DNA from: Acidobacteriota bacterium
GTDB lineage: Bacteria; Acidobacteriota; Thermoanaerobaculia; Gp7-AA8
Assembly: GCA_019244185.1 (NCBI GenBank)
Contig: JAFATB010000010.1
Location: 1-64,000 of the forward strand
Length of the DNA: 64,000 bases
Direction of reading: 5' to 3'
Shown: positions 52,000-61,481 of the stretch, in pieces
Position numbering within the stretch: position 1 is the stretch's first letter
Layout of the letters: each line of letters starts with the position of its first letter
Notes under the pieces: model-generated
Told to the model about the DNA's origin: nothing
What the model saw: the letters and a program-made list of their open reading frames with translations, nothing else
The model's database searches: none
Program-made: the position numbers and the translations under genes

Positions 52000-53340
52000 C
52001 TACTGCATGAACTCCGGCGGCAGCCCCTTCATCATCTTACCGAACTTCCGCGCGCCGAAGCCCTTGGAGAACGTGCGCATCATCTTCTTCATCTGCAGGT
52101 ATTGCTTCAGAAGCCGGTTGATCTCCTGCACGCTCGTGCCCGAGCCCTTGGCGATGCGCTTCTTGCGCGAGCCGTTGATGAGCTGCGGGAACTCGCGCTC
52201 CTTGCGCGTCATCGAGTCGAGGATGGCCTGCATGCGGTGAATGGCCTTCTCGTCGATGTCTTCCTCGTTGATCTTGCCGGCGCCGGGGATCATCGAGACG
52301 AGCTGCGAGAGCGGTCCCATTTTCTTGACCTGCTGCAACTGCGAGCGCAGGTCTTCGAGCGTGAACTTGTCTTTCGCGACGCGCTCGGCGAGCCGCGCCG
52401 CTTCCTTCTTGTCGACTTCCGCTTCGACCTTCTCGATGAGCGAGAGCACGTCGCCCATGCCCAGGATGCGCTGGGCCATGCGGTCGGGATAGAAGACGTC
52501 GAGGTCCGCGTATTTCTCGCCGACGCCGACGAACTTGATCGGGCGGTTGACGACCGACTTGATCGAGAGCGCCGCGCCGCCGCGCGCGTCGCCGTCGAGC
52601 TTCGTGAGCACGATGCCGGTGACGCCGAGGCGGTCGTCGAATTCTTTCGCGGACTTCACGGCGTCCTGGCCGGTCATCGCGTCGGCGACGAAGAGGATCT
52701 CGGACGGCCGCGCGTCGTCGCGGATGGTCTTGAGCTCCTGCATCAGCTCGTCGTCGATGTGCAGGCGGCCGGCGGTGTCGAGGATGACGGTGTCGTAGAG
52801 CAGCGTCTTCGCCTCGGCCAGCGCCTTGCGGGCGATGTCGATCGGATCGCGGTTGTCGCCGATCTCGAAGAACGGCACCTTCACGTTGTTGGCGACGATG
52901 CGCAGCTGATCGATGGCGGCGGGACGGTAGACGTCGCACGGGACGAGCAGCGGACGGCGGCCGCGGCTCTTGAGCTGCAGCGCGAGCTTGCCGGAGGTCG
53001 TCGTCTTGCCCGAGCCCTGCAGGCCGACCATCATCACGACGGCGGGACTGCCGACGAGCGCGAGGCCGACTTCGTTGCCGCCGAGGAGCTGCTGGAGCTC
53101 GTCGCGGACGATCTTGGTCACCTGCTGCGCGGGCGAGAAGGCGGTGAGGACGTCCTCGCCGTTCGCTTTCTCGCGGACGCGGTTGGTGAACTCCTTGACG
53201 GTCTTGAAGTGGACGTCGGCTTCGAGCAGCGCGACGCGGATTTCCTTCAGCGCGTTGTCGATGTGCCACTCGTTGAGCGTCGCCTCGCCGCGCAGGGTCT
53301 TGAAGACCCGGTCCATCTTGTCCTGCAGGTTGTCGAACAT
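52000..53340 (-). CDS. ffh: Signal recognition particle protein
   Basis: MFDNL, GLQGSGKTT, DTAGR, TKLDGDARGG, Met-rich M domain. Confidence 0.97.
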   Translation of the reverse strand: MFDNLQDKMDRVFKTLRGEATLNEWHIDNALKEIRVALLEADVHFKTVKEFTNRVREKANGEDVLTAFSPAQQVTKIVRDELQQLLGGNEVGLALVGSPAVVMMVGLQGSGKTTTSGKLALQLKSRGRRPLLVPCDVYRPAAIDQLRIVANNVKVPFFEIGDNRDPIDIARKALAEAKTLLYDTVILDTAGRLHIDDELMQELKTIRDDARPSEILFVADAMTGQDAVKSAKEFDDRLGVTGIVLTKLDGDARGGAALSIKSVVNRPIKFVGVGEKYADLDVFYPDRMAQRILGMGDVLSLIEKVEAEVDKKEAARLAERVAKDKFTLEDLRSQLQQVKKMGPLSQLVSMIPGAGKINEEDIDEKAIHRMQAILDSMTRKEREFPQLINGSRKKRIAKGSGTSVQEINRLLKQYLQMKKMMRTFSKGFGARKFGKMMKGLPPEFMQ

Positions 53341-53383
53341 AAGCGCCTTTCCAAACGCGCGAGGCCGGAAAATAATCCGCTGC

Positions 53384-54157
53384 ATGGATCTCGGGCTCGC
53401 AGGGAGAGTCGCTCTCGTCACCGGCGCGAGCCGCGGCATCGGCAAGGCCATCGCGGAAGTGCTCAGCAGCGAGGGGATGCGCGTCGTCGTGGTGGCGCGC
53501 TCGGCGGACGCGCTCGCGCGCGTCGCGCAGTCGCTCGCGACGGAAGCGCACGCGATCGCGGCCGACCTGCGCGCGCCGCAGGCGCCGGACGACGTCGTCG
53601 AGCGCGCGGTCGAGCGCTTCGGCGCGCTCGATCTGCTCGTCAACAACGCCGGCGCGACGCAGCGCGGCGATTTTCTCGAGCTCACGGACGAGCTGTGGCA
53701 GGACGGCTTCGCGCTGAAGTTCTACGGCGCGATGCGCGCGTGCCGCGCGGCGTGGCCGCATCTGCGCGCCAGCGGCGGCGCGATCGTGAACATCGCCGGG
53801 ATGGGCGGGCGGACGGGCAGCGCGGAGTTCGCCATCGGCGGCGCGGTGAACGCGGCGCTGATGAATCTGACGAAGGTGCTCGCCGACCGCGGCGTGAAGG
53901 AAGGCGTGCGTGTGAATGCCGTCAACCCCGGCTCGACCGCGACCGAGCGCCTGCAGACGCGCATCCGCAAGCTGGCCGCCGAGCAGCAGCTCGACGAAGA
54001 AGAGGCCGCGCGCCGCATGGCGCAGGCCCTCGGCGTGGCGCGCTTCGGAAAGCCGGAGGAGATTGCGCGCGTGGTCGCGTTCCTGGCGTCGCCGCGCGCG
54101 GCGTATTGCCAGGGGGCGGTGGTGGATGTGGATGGTGGGCAGACACGTACGCTTTGA
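53384..54157 (+). CDS. Short-chain dehydrogenase/reductase
   Basis: TGASRGIG, LVNNAG, VNAVNPG, VDGG. Confidence 0.9.
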   Translation: MDLGLAGRVALVTGASRGIGKAIAEVLSSEGMRVVVVARSADALARVAQSLATEAHAIAADLRAPQAPDDVVERAVERFGALDLLVNNAGATQRGDFLELTDELWQDGFALKFYGAMRACRAAWPHLRASGGAIVNIAGMGGRTGSAEFAIGGAVNAALMNLTKVLADRGVKEGVRVNAVNPGSTATERLQTRIRKLAAEQQLDEEEAARRMAQALGVARFGKPEEIARVVAFLASPRAAYCQGAVVDVDGGQTRTL

Positions 54158-54188
54158 GCCGCCGCCGCGCCGCTAGAATCCCTCGTTC

Positions 54189-55345
54189 GTGCCCGTCCGC
54201 TCCTTCTCCTTCCTCCGCTCCCTTCCCGACGCCCCCGATCCCTTCGCGCTGCGCGTGACGCAGCTGCGCGACGGCAATCCGAACGGACGCTACGTGCTCT
54301 ATCACGCGCGGGCGGCGCGGCGGCTGCGGAGCAATCTCGCGCTGGAGTTCGCGCAGTCGTTCGGACTGCCGGTCGTCGTCGCGGAGTGGCTCGACGAGCC
54401 GCATCTCTCGCCGCGCATCGAGGCGTATCTCCGCAACATGCGGCGCGCGGAAGCGCTGACGTCGACTATCGCTTCGAGCCCGAACGCGAGCCGCTCGTCC
54501 GCAACGCGCGCTATGTCGTCACCGACGAGTTCCCGACGCTCCCCGCGCCGCCGCACGCGACGCATCTCGTCGACGGCAACGGCATCCTGCCGATGCGCGC
54601 GCTGGAAAAGGAGCAGTACTCGGCGAAGTTCTTTCGCGATCGCGCGTTCCGCCTCTTCGAGCGCTTCTGGCGGCGCGCCGAGCCGGCGGACCTATCGCTC
54701 GACTTCCTCGACGGCTACGCGGAGCTCCGCAACAAGTCGCCGCGCCACGTGAGCAACCTCTCGCCCGCGCTGCACTTCGGCCATCGCGGCATCCACGAGA
54801 TCGTCGCCGCGATCCTCGCCAGCGATGCACGCGACGAGGACGTCGACGCGTTTCTCGAGGAAGCGATCATCCGCCGCGAGCTCTCGTTCAATCTCTGCTT
54901 CTTCAATCCGCGCTACGCCTCGCTCGACGCGCTCCCCGCATGGGCGAAGCAGACGCTCGACAAGCACCGCCGCGATCGCCGCAAGCCGTGCTACTCGTAC
55001 GACGAGCTCGCGCGCGCCGCGACGCACGACGAGGTGTGGAACCTCGCCCAACGCCAGCTCCTCGACACCGGCACGATCCACGGTTACCTGCGCATGCTGT
55101 GGGGCAAGAAGATCATCGAGTGGAGCGAGACGCCCGAAGACGCCCACGCGACGATGCTCCGCTTCCACGATCTGCACGCGCTCGACGGCCGCGATCCGAA
55201 CACGCACGCCGGCATCCTCTGGTGCTTCGGCAAGCACGATCGCCCGTGGGCGCCGGAGCGGCCGATCTTCGGCACGATCCGTTGGATGTCGTCGGAGCAG
55301 ACGGCGAAGAAGGTGCGGCTGCATGAGTTTGCCGGCGCGACGTAA
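54189..55345 (+). pseudogene. Class II CPD photolyase, compact, with an apparent frameshift near 54450
   Basis: N-terminal YVLY..R..NLALEFA in the 54189 frame; SNLSP.LHFG, FLEEAIIRREL, HGYLRMLWGKKI, LDGRDPN, HDRPW.PERPIFG in the 54386 frame. Confidence 0.8.
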
Positions 55346-55396
55346 AGGCAAAACCGACTGTTCGGCGCCGCTGGTCTCGCGCATCATCGCGCGACC

Positions 55397-55762
55397 ATGG
55401 AACAGACACTCCAGCAACTCGAAGCGATCGGCCTCATGTCGGAAACGGAGCTCGACGCGCTGCCGTTCGGCGCCATCCGCCTCGACGCCACCGGCACCGT
55501 TCTCAGCTACAACGCCGCGGAATCGAAGCTCACCGGACGCGATCCGAAGCGCGTCATCGGCCGCAATTTCTTTACCGAGGTCGCGCCATGCACCAACGTG
55601 CAGTCGTTCGCCGGCCGCTTCCGCGAAGGCGTGAGCAAAGGCGAGCTGCACGCGATCTTTCCCTATCGCTTCGACTTCAAGATGGCGCCGCGCGATGTGA
55701 CCGTGACGCTGTTCTGGTCGAGGCAGACGTCGACGGCGTGGGTGTTCGTGCGGGAGACGTAA
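55397..55762 (+). CDS. pyp: Photoactive yellow protein homologue
   Basis: LDALPFGAIRLD, YNAAE (Y42/E46), TGRDP (T50/R52), NFFTEVAPCT (C69), FDFKM (F96/M100), WVFV. Confidence 0.88.
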   Translation: MEQTLQQLEAIGLMSETELDALPFGAIRLDATGTVLSYNAAESKLTGRDPKRVIGRNFFTEVAPCTNVQSFAGRFREGVSKGELHAIFPYRFDFKMAPRDVTVTLFWSRQTSTAWVFVRET

Positions 55763-55763
55763 C

Positions 55764-55835
55764 CGGGAGCGCCTCCGGCGGGCCGGCGCGGCCGCCTGCG
55801 CTGAGGGCCTAGCCGATCCGCACGTGCGGCTGCAC
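55764..55835. repeat. Full copy of the dispersed palindromic element
   Basis: cgggagcgcctccggcgggccggcgcggccgcctgcgctgagggcctagccgatccgcacgtgcggctgcac matches the 27.4-27.6 kb and 35.6 kb copies. Confidence 0.85.
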
Positions 55836-55870
55836 GGAACGAACGGCGCGCGTACATCGTTCATGCTGGT

Positions 55871-56740
55871 ATGGCGACGCCGGCGCTCCGTCTCGACAGC
55901 AACGTTCCGGGCGACTTCTACGTCGACTCGAGCTGCATCGACTGCGACGCGTGCCGCCTCATCGCGCCGGCCGTCTTTCACGACGCGGGCGGACAGTCGG
56001 CCGTCTTTCACCAGCCTGACACGCGCGACGAAGAGCTCGCGGCGCAGAAGGCGCTGCTCTCGTGTCCCACCGCGTCCATCGGCTCGCTCGCGAAACATGA
56101 CATGACCGCGGCGCTCGCGGCGTATCCCGAGCGCATCGAAGACGACGTGCACGTTTGCGGCTTCACGAGCGAGAGCTCGTTCGGCGCGATCAGCTACTTC
56201 CTCCGCCGCGACGGCGGCAACGTCCTCGTCGACTCGCCGCGCTTCTCCGGACCGCTCGTGAAGAACATCGCCGCGATGGGCGGCGTCGCGCGCATGCTCC
56301 TCACGCACCAGGACGACGTCGCCGATCATGACAAGTTCCACGAGCGCTTCGGCTGCGCGCGCGTGCTGCATCGCGACGACGTGCGCGCCCGCACCGCCGC
56401 CGTCGAACTGCAGCCGCGCGGCAACGATCCCGTCGACCTCGACGACGACCTCGTCATGATTCCGACGCCGGGGCATACGCGCGGCCACGCGGTCTACCTC
56501 TATCGCAACAAGTTCCTCTTCACCGGCGATCACCTCGCCTGGAGCGAGAGCCGCGGACATCTCTACGCCTTCCGCAGCGCGTGCTGGTACTCGTGGTCCG
56601 AACAGATCCGCTCCATGGAACGGCTGCTCGACTACTCCTTCGAATGGGTCCTCCCCGGACACGGACATCCGATTCATCTCGGCGCCGATGCGATGCACGC
56701 GTCGCTCGAGCGCTGCGTCGCGTGGATGAAAACGCGGTAG
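55871..56740 (+). CDS. Ferredoxin-MBL-fold metallohydrolase fusion
   Basis: CIDCDAC...CP Fe-S motif; THQDDVADH, PGHTRGH, FTGDH, LPGHG. Confidence 0.88.
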   Translation: MATPALRLDSNVPGDFYVDSSCIDCDACRLIAPAVFHDAGGQSAVFHQPDTRDEELAAQKALLSCPTASIGSLAKHDMTAALAAYPERIEDDVHVCGFTSESSFGAISYFLRRDGGNVLVDSPRFSGPLVKNIAAMGGVARMLLTHQDDVADHDKFHERFGCARVLHRDDVRARTAAVELQPRGNDPVDLDDDLVMIPTPGHTRGHAVYLYRNKFLFTGDHLAWSESRGHLYAFRSACWYSWSEQIRSMERLLDYSFEWVLPGHGHPIHLGADAMHASLERCVAWMKTR

Positions 56741-56786
56741 CGGCGCCAGTGGCTCACCACTTGCTCCCGTGACGCGCGGGGGCAGC

Positions 56787-57902
56787 ATGAAAAAGTACAT
56801 CGACGTCTTCAAACAGACGTTCACGGAGTTCAGCCAGGACAAGGCTCCCCGGCTCGGCGCGGCGCTCGCGTACTACACGATTTTTTCCATCGGTCCGCTT
56901 CTGCTCATTGCCGTCGCGATGGCAGGACTCTTCCTCGGACAGGAAGCGGCGCACGGCCAGATCTCGGGCGAGCTCGGCCGCTTCTTCGGGCCGCAGATGG
57001 CGAAGTCGCTCGAGGACATGATCCAGGCGGCCTCGAAGCCGAAGTCCGGCACGCTCGCCACCATCGTCGGCTTCGTGACGCTCATCCTCGGCGCCTCCGG
57101 CGTCTTCGGCCAGCTCAAAGACGCGCTCAACACGATCTGGAACGTCGAGCCGAAGAAAGCCGGCGGCATCATGGGCTTCATCAAGGAGCGCTTCCTCTCG
57201 ATGGCCATGGTGCTCGGCATCGGCTTCCTGCTCCTCGTCACGCTGCTCCTCGACACGATCATCGCGGCGATGGGGAAGTTCATGGAAGGACGCCTGCCCG
57301 GCGGCGAGGCCGTGCTGCAGGCGATTCAGCTCGTGCTGTCGTTCGGCATCGCGGTCGTGCTCTTCGCCGCGATCTTCCGCGTGCTGCCCGACCTGCGCAT
57401 CGCGTGGCACGACGTCTGGTTCGGCGCCGTCTTCACCGCGATCCTCTTCGTCCTCGGCAAGTTCGGGCTCGGCCTCTATCTCGGCAAAGCGGCGGTCGGC
57501 TCCGCGTACGGCGCGGCCGGCTCGCTGGTCATCCTGCTCGTGTGGGTGTACTGGTCGGCGCAGATCCTCTTCTTCGGCGCGGAGTTCACGCAGGTGTACG
57601 CGCGCACGTTCGGCAGCCTCAAAGGCGACGACTCGAAACGCAAGGCGCGCGCGCAGGCGGACAAGCCCGAAGACCGCAAGAAAGCGGAGACGACGCCGGA
57701 AGGCAAGCCGCTGCCGCTCGGCGCGCCGCGGCCCGCGTACGCAAAGTCCCCGACGAACGCGAAGAAATCCGGCGGCGGCGGCGCGTTGAAGATGGTGCTC
57801 GGTGGCGTCGCGGGCTTGCTCTTCGGCGCGATCGTCGGCGGCGTCAGCGCGGTCGTGTTCGTGCTCAAGTCGCTGCGGAAGGTGTTCATCCCGTTCAAGT
57901 AG
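56787..57902 (+). CDS. YihY/BrkB family membrane protein
   Basis: GAALAYYTIFS, ALNTIW, YGAAGSLVILLVWVYWSAQI.FFGAEF. Confidence 0.92.
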   Translation: MKKYIDVFKQTFTEFSQDKAPRLGAALAYYTIFSIGPLLLIAVAMAGLFLGQEAAHGQISGELGRFFGPQMAKSLEDMIQAASKPKSGTLATIVGFVTLILGASGVFGQLKDALNTIWNVEPKKAGGIMGFIKERFLSMAMVLGIGFLLLVTLLLDTIIAAMGKFMEGRLPGGEAVLQAIQLVLSFGIAVVLFAAIFRVLPDLRIAWHDVWFGAVFTAILFVLGKFGLGLYLGKAAVGSAYGAAGSLVILLVWVYWSAQILFFGAEFTQVYARTFGSLKGDDSKRKARAQADKPEDRKKAETTPEGKPLPLGAPRPAYAKSPTNAKKSGGGGALKMVLGGVAGLLFGAIVGGVSAVVFVLKSLRKVFIPFK

Positions 57903-57915
57903 AATCGCGGCCGAG

Positions 57916-58617
57916 GTGAGCGACGCCCGGAAGCGGTTCCCGGTCGTGAAGGCCGTGCTCGGCGTCGTCGCCATCGCGGCGCTGCTCGTCGCGCTGCGCC
58001 TGCTGCCGATTGGGCCGTGGCTGGTGCGGTTTCAGGCGTGGGTGCGGAGCATCGGACCGGCGGGCTACGTCGTGTACACGCTCGCGTACGTCGTCGCGTG
58101 CGTCTGCTTTCTGCCGGCGTCGCCGCTCACGTTCGGCGCGGGCGCGATCTTCGGCTTCGTCAAAGGCTCGATCGTCGTGATCGTCGGCGCGACGATCGGC
58201 GCGACGGTCTCGTTCCTCCTCGGCCGTACGCTGATGCGCAAAAAGATCGAGGCACTGACGGCGAACAACGCGAAGTTCCGCGCGCTCGACCGCGCCATCA
58301 CGCGCGAAGGCGCGCGCATCGTGTTCCTCATCCGCCTCGCGCCGGTGTTCCCGTATGCCTATATCAACTTCGCGTTCGGACTGACCGGCGTGCGGCTGCT
58401 GTCGTATGTCGTGGCGACGTTCTTCGGGATCATTCCGGTGACGCTCGCCTTCGTCTGGATCAGCGACACCGCCGCGCGGGCCGCGACCGCGGAGCTGACG
58501 ACGACGCGGCTCGCGATTCAGATTGCAGGCGGCATCCTCGCCGTCATCGCCACGGTATTTGTCACACGAATCGCGCTCACTGCCGTACGCAAAGCGGGCG
58601 TCGACGAGCCAACCTGA
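57916..58617 (+). CDS. TVP38/TMEM64 (DedA superfamily) membrane protein
   Basis: LPASPLT.GAG.IFG, RLAPVFPY..IN..FGLT. Confidence 0.88.
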   Translation: MSDARKRFPVVKAVLGVVAIAALLVALRLLPIGPWLVRFQAWVRSIGPAGYVVYTLAYVVACVCFLPASPLTFGAGAIFGFVKGSIVVIVGATIGATVSFLLGRTLMRKKIEALTANNAKFRALDRAITREGARIVFLIRLAPVFPYAYINFAFGLTGVRLLSYVVATFFGIIPVTLAFVWISDTAARAATAELTTTRLAIQIAGGILAVIATVFVTRIALTAVRKAGVDEPT

Positions 58618-58700
58618 AGAAGCCTTGGGCAACCAGCGCACCCGGCCGGGCCGGGTGGGTAGGACTCGAATATGCTTTCGCCTTGAAGCGGAGGCATCAG

Positions 58701-61481
58701 ATGACCAACCCCCTTGCGGAGCTCCCCAAGCTCGGACAGAGCGTCTGGTACGACCAGATGGAGCGCAAGCTCGTCTCGAGCGGCGAGCTGCAGCGGATGA
58801 TCGACGAAGACGACTTGCGCGGTCTCACGTCGAATCCCACCATTTTCGAGAAAGCGATCAGCGGCAGCGAAGACTACGACGGCCAGTTGCGCATGCTCGC
58901 CTCGCAGGGCATGTCGCGCGACGACATCTACGACGAGATCGTGATCGAAGACATTGGCAACGCCGCCGACGTCTTTCTCCCCGTCTACCGCAAGACCAAC
59001 GGCGACGACGGCTACGTGAGTCTCGAAGTCTCGCCGCTGTTCGCGCGCGATACGGCGAAGACGGTCGCCGAGGCGAAGCGGCTGTTCGTGAAACTCGGGC
59101 GCGACAACGCCATGATCAAGATTCCGGCGACGCCGGAAGGCATCCCCGCGATCGAGCAGGCCATCGCCACCGGGATCAACGTCAACGTTACGCTGATCTT
59201 CTCCATCGACGTCTACGCGCAGGTGATCGAAGCGTATCTGCGCGGTCTCGAACGGCGCGCCTCGCAGAGCCTGCCGATCGGCAACATCGCGTCCGTCGCG
59301 AGCTTCTTCGTCAGCCGCATCGACGCGCAGGCGGACAAGCAACTCGACGCGAAGATGAAAGACGATCCGTCGCTCGCGGAGCTGAAAGGGAAGGTCGCCA
59401 TCGCGAACGCGAAGGTCGCGTATCAGCTGTTCAAAGAGCAATTCAGCAGCTCGCGCTTCGAGAAGCTCCGCGCGCTCGGCGCGCGTGTGCAGCGGCCGCT
59501 GTGGGCGTCGACCGGCACGAAGGATCCGAAGTACAGCGACGTGCTCTACATCGAGTCGCTGATCGGCGCCGACACCGTGAACACGATTCCGCCGGCGACG
59601 TTCAACGCATTCCGCGATCACGGCCGCGTGCAGCCGACGCTCGAAGCGGATCTCGACGACGCGAAGCGCGTGCTGGCCACGTTCGAGGCGAAAGGCTTCA
59701 GCCTCAAAGCGATCACCGACAAGCTCACCGACGACGGCGTGAAAGCGTTCGACGAATCATTCGCGCAGCTGACGGACACCATCGAGGCGCGGCGCGACGC
59801 CGTCGTGCGCGGACTGCCCGAGCGGCTCACGTTGCACAACGTGCCGTCGCTCGACGAGTTCATCGCGCGCGCGGAGAAAGACAAAGTCGTCTCGCGCATC
59901 TGGGCCAAAGACGCGACGCTGTGGAAGTCCGACGACGAGCACAAGAAGATCATCGAGAACGCGCTCGGCTGGCTCGTCGTGATGAACCAGATGAAGCGCA
60001 ACGCGAAAGGACTCGTCGAGCTCACCGACGAATACCGCCGCGGCATGGAGTACGTCGTCGTCCTCGGCATGGGCGGCTCGAGTCTCGTGTCCGAGGTGAC
60101 GCGGCGCGTCTTCCCGAAACGCGAGGGATATCCGGAGCTGCTCGTGCTCGACTCGACGGCGCCCGACGCCATCGCGCAGCTCGAGGCGCACATCGATCTC
60201 GCGAAGACGCTGTTCATCGTCGCGTCGAAGTCGGGCTCCACGACCGAGCCGCGCATGTTCCACCGCTACTTCTACGAGCGGATGAAGAGCGTGGCCGGCG
60301 AGCGCGCGGGCATGCACTTCATCGCCATCACCGATCCCGGCTCGCAGCTCATCGAAGAGGCGAAGCGCGATCGCTTCCGCTCGACGTTCCTCAACCTGCC
60401 CGACATCGGCGGCCGCTACTCCGCGCTGTCGTTCTTCGGCCTCGTGCCGATGGCGCTGGCCGGCGTCGACGTCGACACGCTGCTCGACCGCGCGCAACAC
60501 GCCGCGCACGTGTCGTCGCTGCCGCAGATCCGCAAGAATCCCGCGGCGCTCCTCGGCGTGGTCCTCGGCGCGATGGCGCAGCAGGGGCGCAACAAGCTGA
60601 CGCTGATCACGCCGCGCCCGCTCGACACGCTCGGCCTCTGGGTCGAGCAGCTGATCGCGGAGAGCACCGGGAAGGAAGGCAAAGGCATCGTGCCGATCGC
60701 CGGCGAGCCGGATCTCCCCGCGAACGCGTACGGCAACGATCGCCTGTTCGTCTGCGTGCGCATGCGCGGCAGCGACGAGACCGCGCGTCTGCGCGAGCTC
60801 GCCGCCGCGGGACATCCGGTCGTCGATCTCGTGCTCGAAGACGCGCTCGACCTCGGCGAGACGTTTTTCGTCTGGGAGTTCGCGACCGCGGTTGCCGGCA
60901 CGATCCTCGGCGTCGACACGTTCGATCAGCCGAACGTGCAGGAGTCGAAAGACAACACGAAACGCATCCTCGGCGAGATCGCCGGCGGCGCTCAGAGCTC
61001 GCAGCCGGTCGAAGTGCGCCGCGCCGGCGACGATGACGCACTCGCGGCGTTGCTCGCGCAGGTGAAGCCCGGCGACTACTTCGCCATCACCGAATACTTC
61101 GCGGAAACGCCGGAACGCGACGCCGCCATCGCGCGCATCCGCGAGGCCATCGCGCGCGAGCTGCACGTCGCGACGACGACGGGCTACGGCCCGCGCTTCC
61201 TCCATTCGACCGGACAGCTGCACAAGGGCGGGCCGGAGACCGGCGTGTTTCTGCAACTCGTCGCGAGTGCGCGCGACATCGACATTCCCGGTGAGAACCT
61301 CACATTCAGCCAGCTCGTCGGCGCGCAGGCCCTCGGCGACGCGCAGTCGCTCGCCACGCGTCACCGCCGCCTGCTGCGTCTCGACCTCGGCAACGACATC
61401 GACGCGAATCTCGCGTGGCTCGAGAAGTCGGTGACGCAGGCGCTGGCGCGCAACGCGAACGGCGCACGGGTGAAGGCATGA
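58701..61481 (+). CDS. Bifunctional transaldolase/glucose-6-phosphate isomerase
   Basis: GQSVWYD, TSNPTIF, MIKIPAT, LWASTG; LGMGGSS, GGRYS, EQLIAESTGK, FDQPNV, HSTGQLHKGG. Confidence 0.93.
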   Translation: MTNPLAELPKLGQSVWYDQMERKLVSSGELQRMIDEDDLRGLTSNPTIFEKAISGSEDYDGQLRMLASQGMSRDDIYDEIVIEDIGNAADVFLPVYRKTNGDDGYVSLEVSPLFARDTAKTVAEAKRLFVKLGRDNAMIKIPATPEGIPAIEQAIATGINVNVTLIFSIDVYAQVIEAYLRGLERRASQSLPIGNIASVASFFVSRIDAQADKQLDAKMKDDPSLAELKGKVAIANAKVAYQLFKEQFSSSRFEKLRALGARVQRPLWASTGTKDPKYSDVLYIESLIGADTVNTIPPATFNAFRDHGRVQPTLEADLDDAKRVLATFEAKGFSLKAITDKLTDDGVKAFDESFAQLTDTIEARRDAVVRGLPERLTLHNVPSLDEFIARAEKDKVVSRIWAKDATLWKSDDEHKKIIENALGWLVVMNQMKRNAKGLVELTDEYRRGMEYVVVLGMGGSSLVSEVTRRVFPKREGYPELLVLDSTAPDAIAQLEAHIDLAKTLFIVASKSGSTTEPRMFHRYFYERMKSVAGERAGMHFIAITDPGSQLIEEAKRDRFRSTFLNLPDIGGRYSALSFFGLVPMALAGVDVDTLLDRAQHAAHVSSLPQIRKNPAALLGVVLGAMAQQGRNKLTLITPRPLDTLGLWVEQLIAESTGKEGKGIVPIAGEPDLPANAYGNDRLFVCVRMRGSDETARLRELAAAGHPVVDLVLEDALDLGETFFVWEFATAVAGTILGVDTFDQPNVQESKDNTKRILGEIAGGAQSSQPVEVRRAGDDDALAALLAQVKPGDYFAITEYFAETPERDAAIARIREAIARELHVATTTGYGPRFLHSTGQLHKGGPETGVFLQLVASARDIDIPGENLTFSQLVGAQALGDAQSLATRHRRLLRLDLGNDIDANLAWLEKSVTQALARNANGARVKA

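Noticed and set aside
58701-61481. Transaldolase-PGI fusion as a novelty
   Set aside because: Known bifunctional family, in a normal context beside gnd
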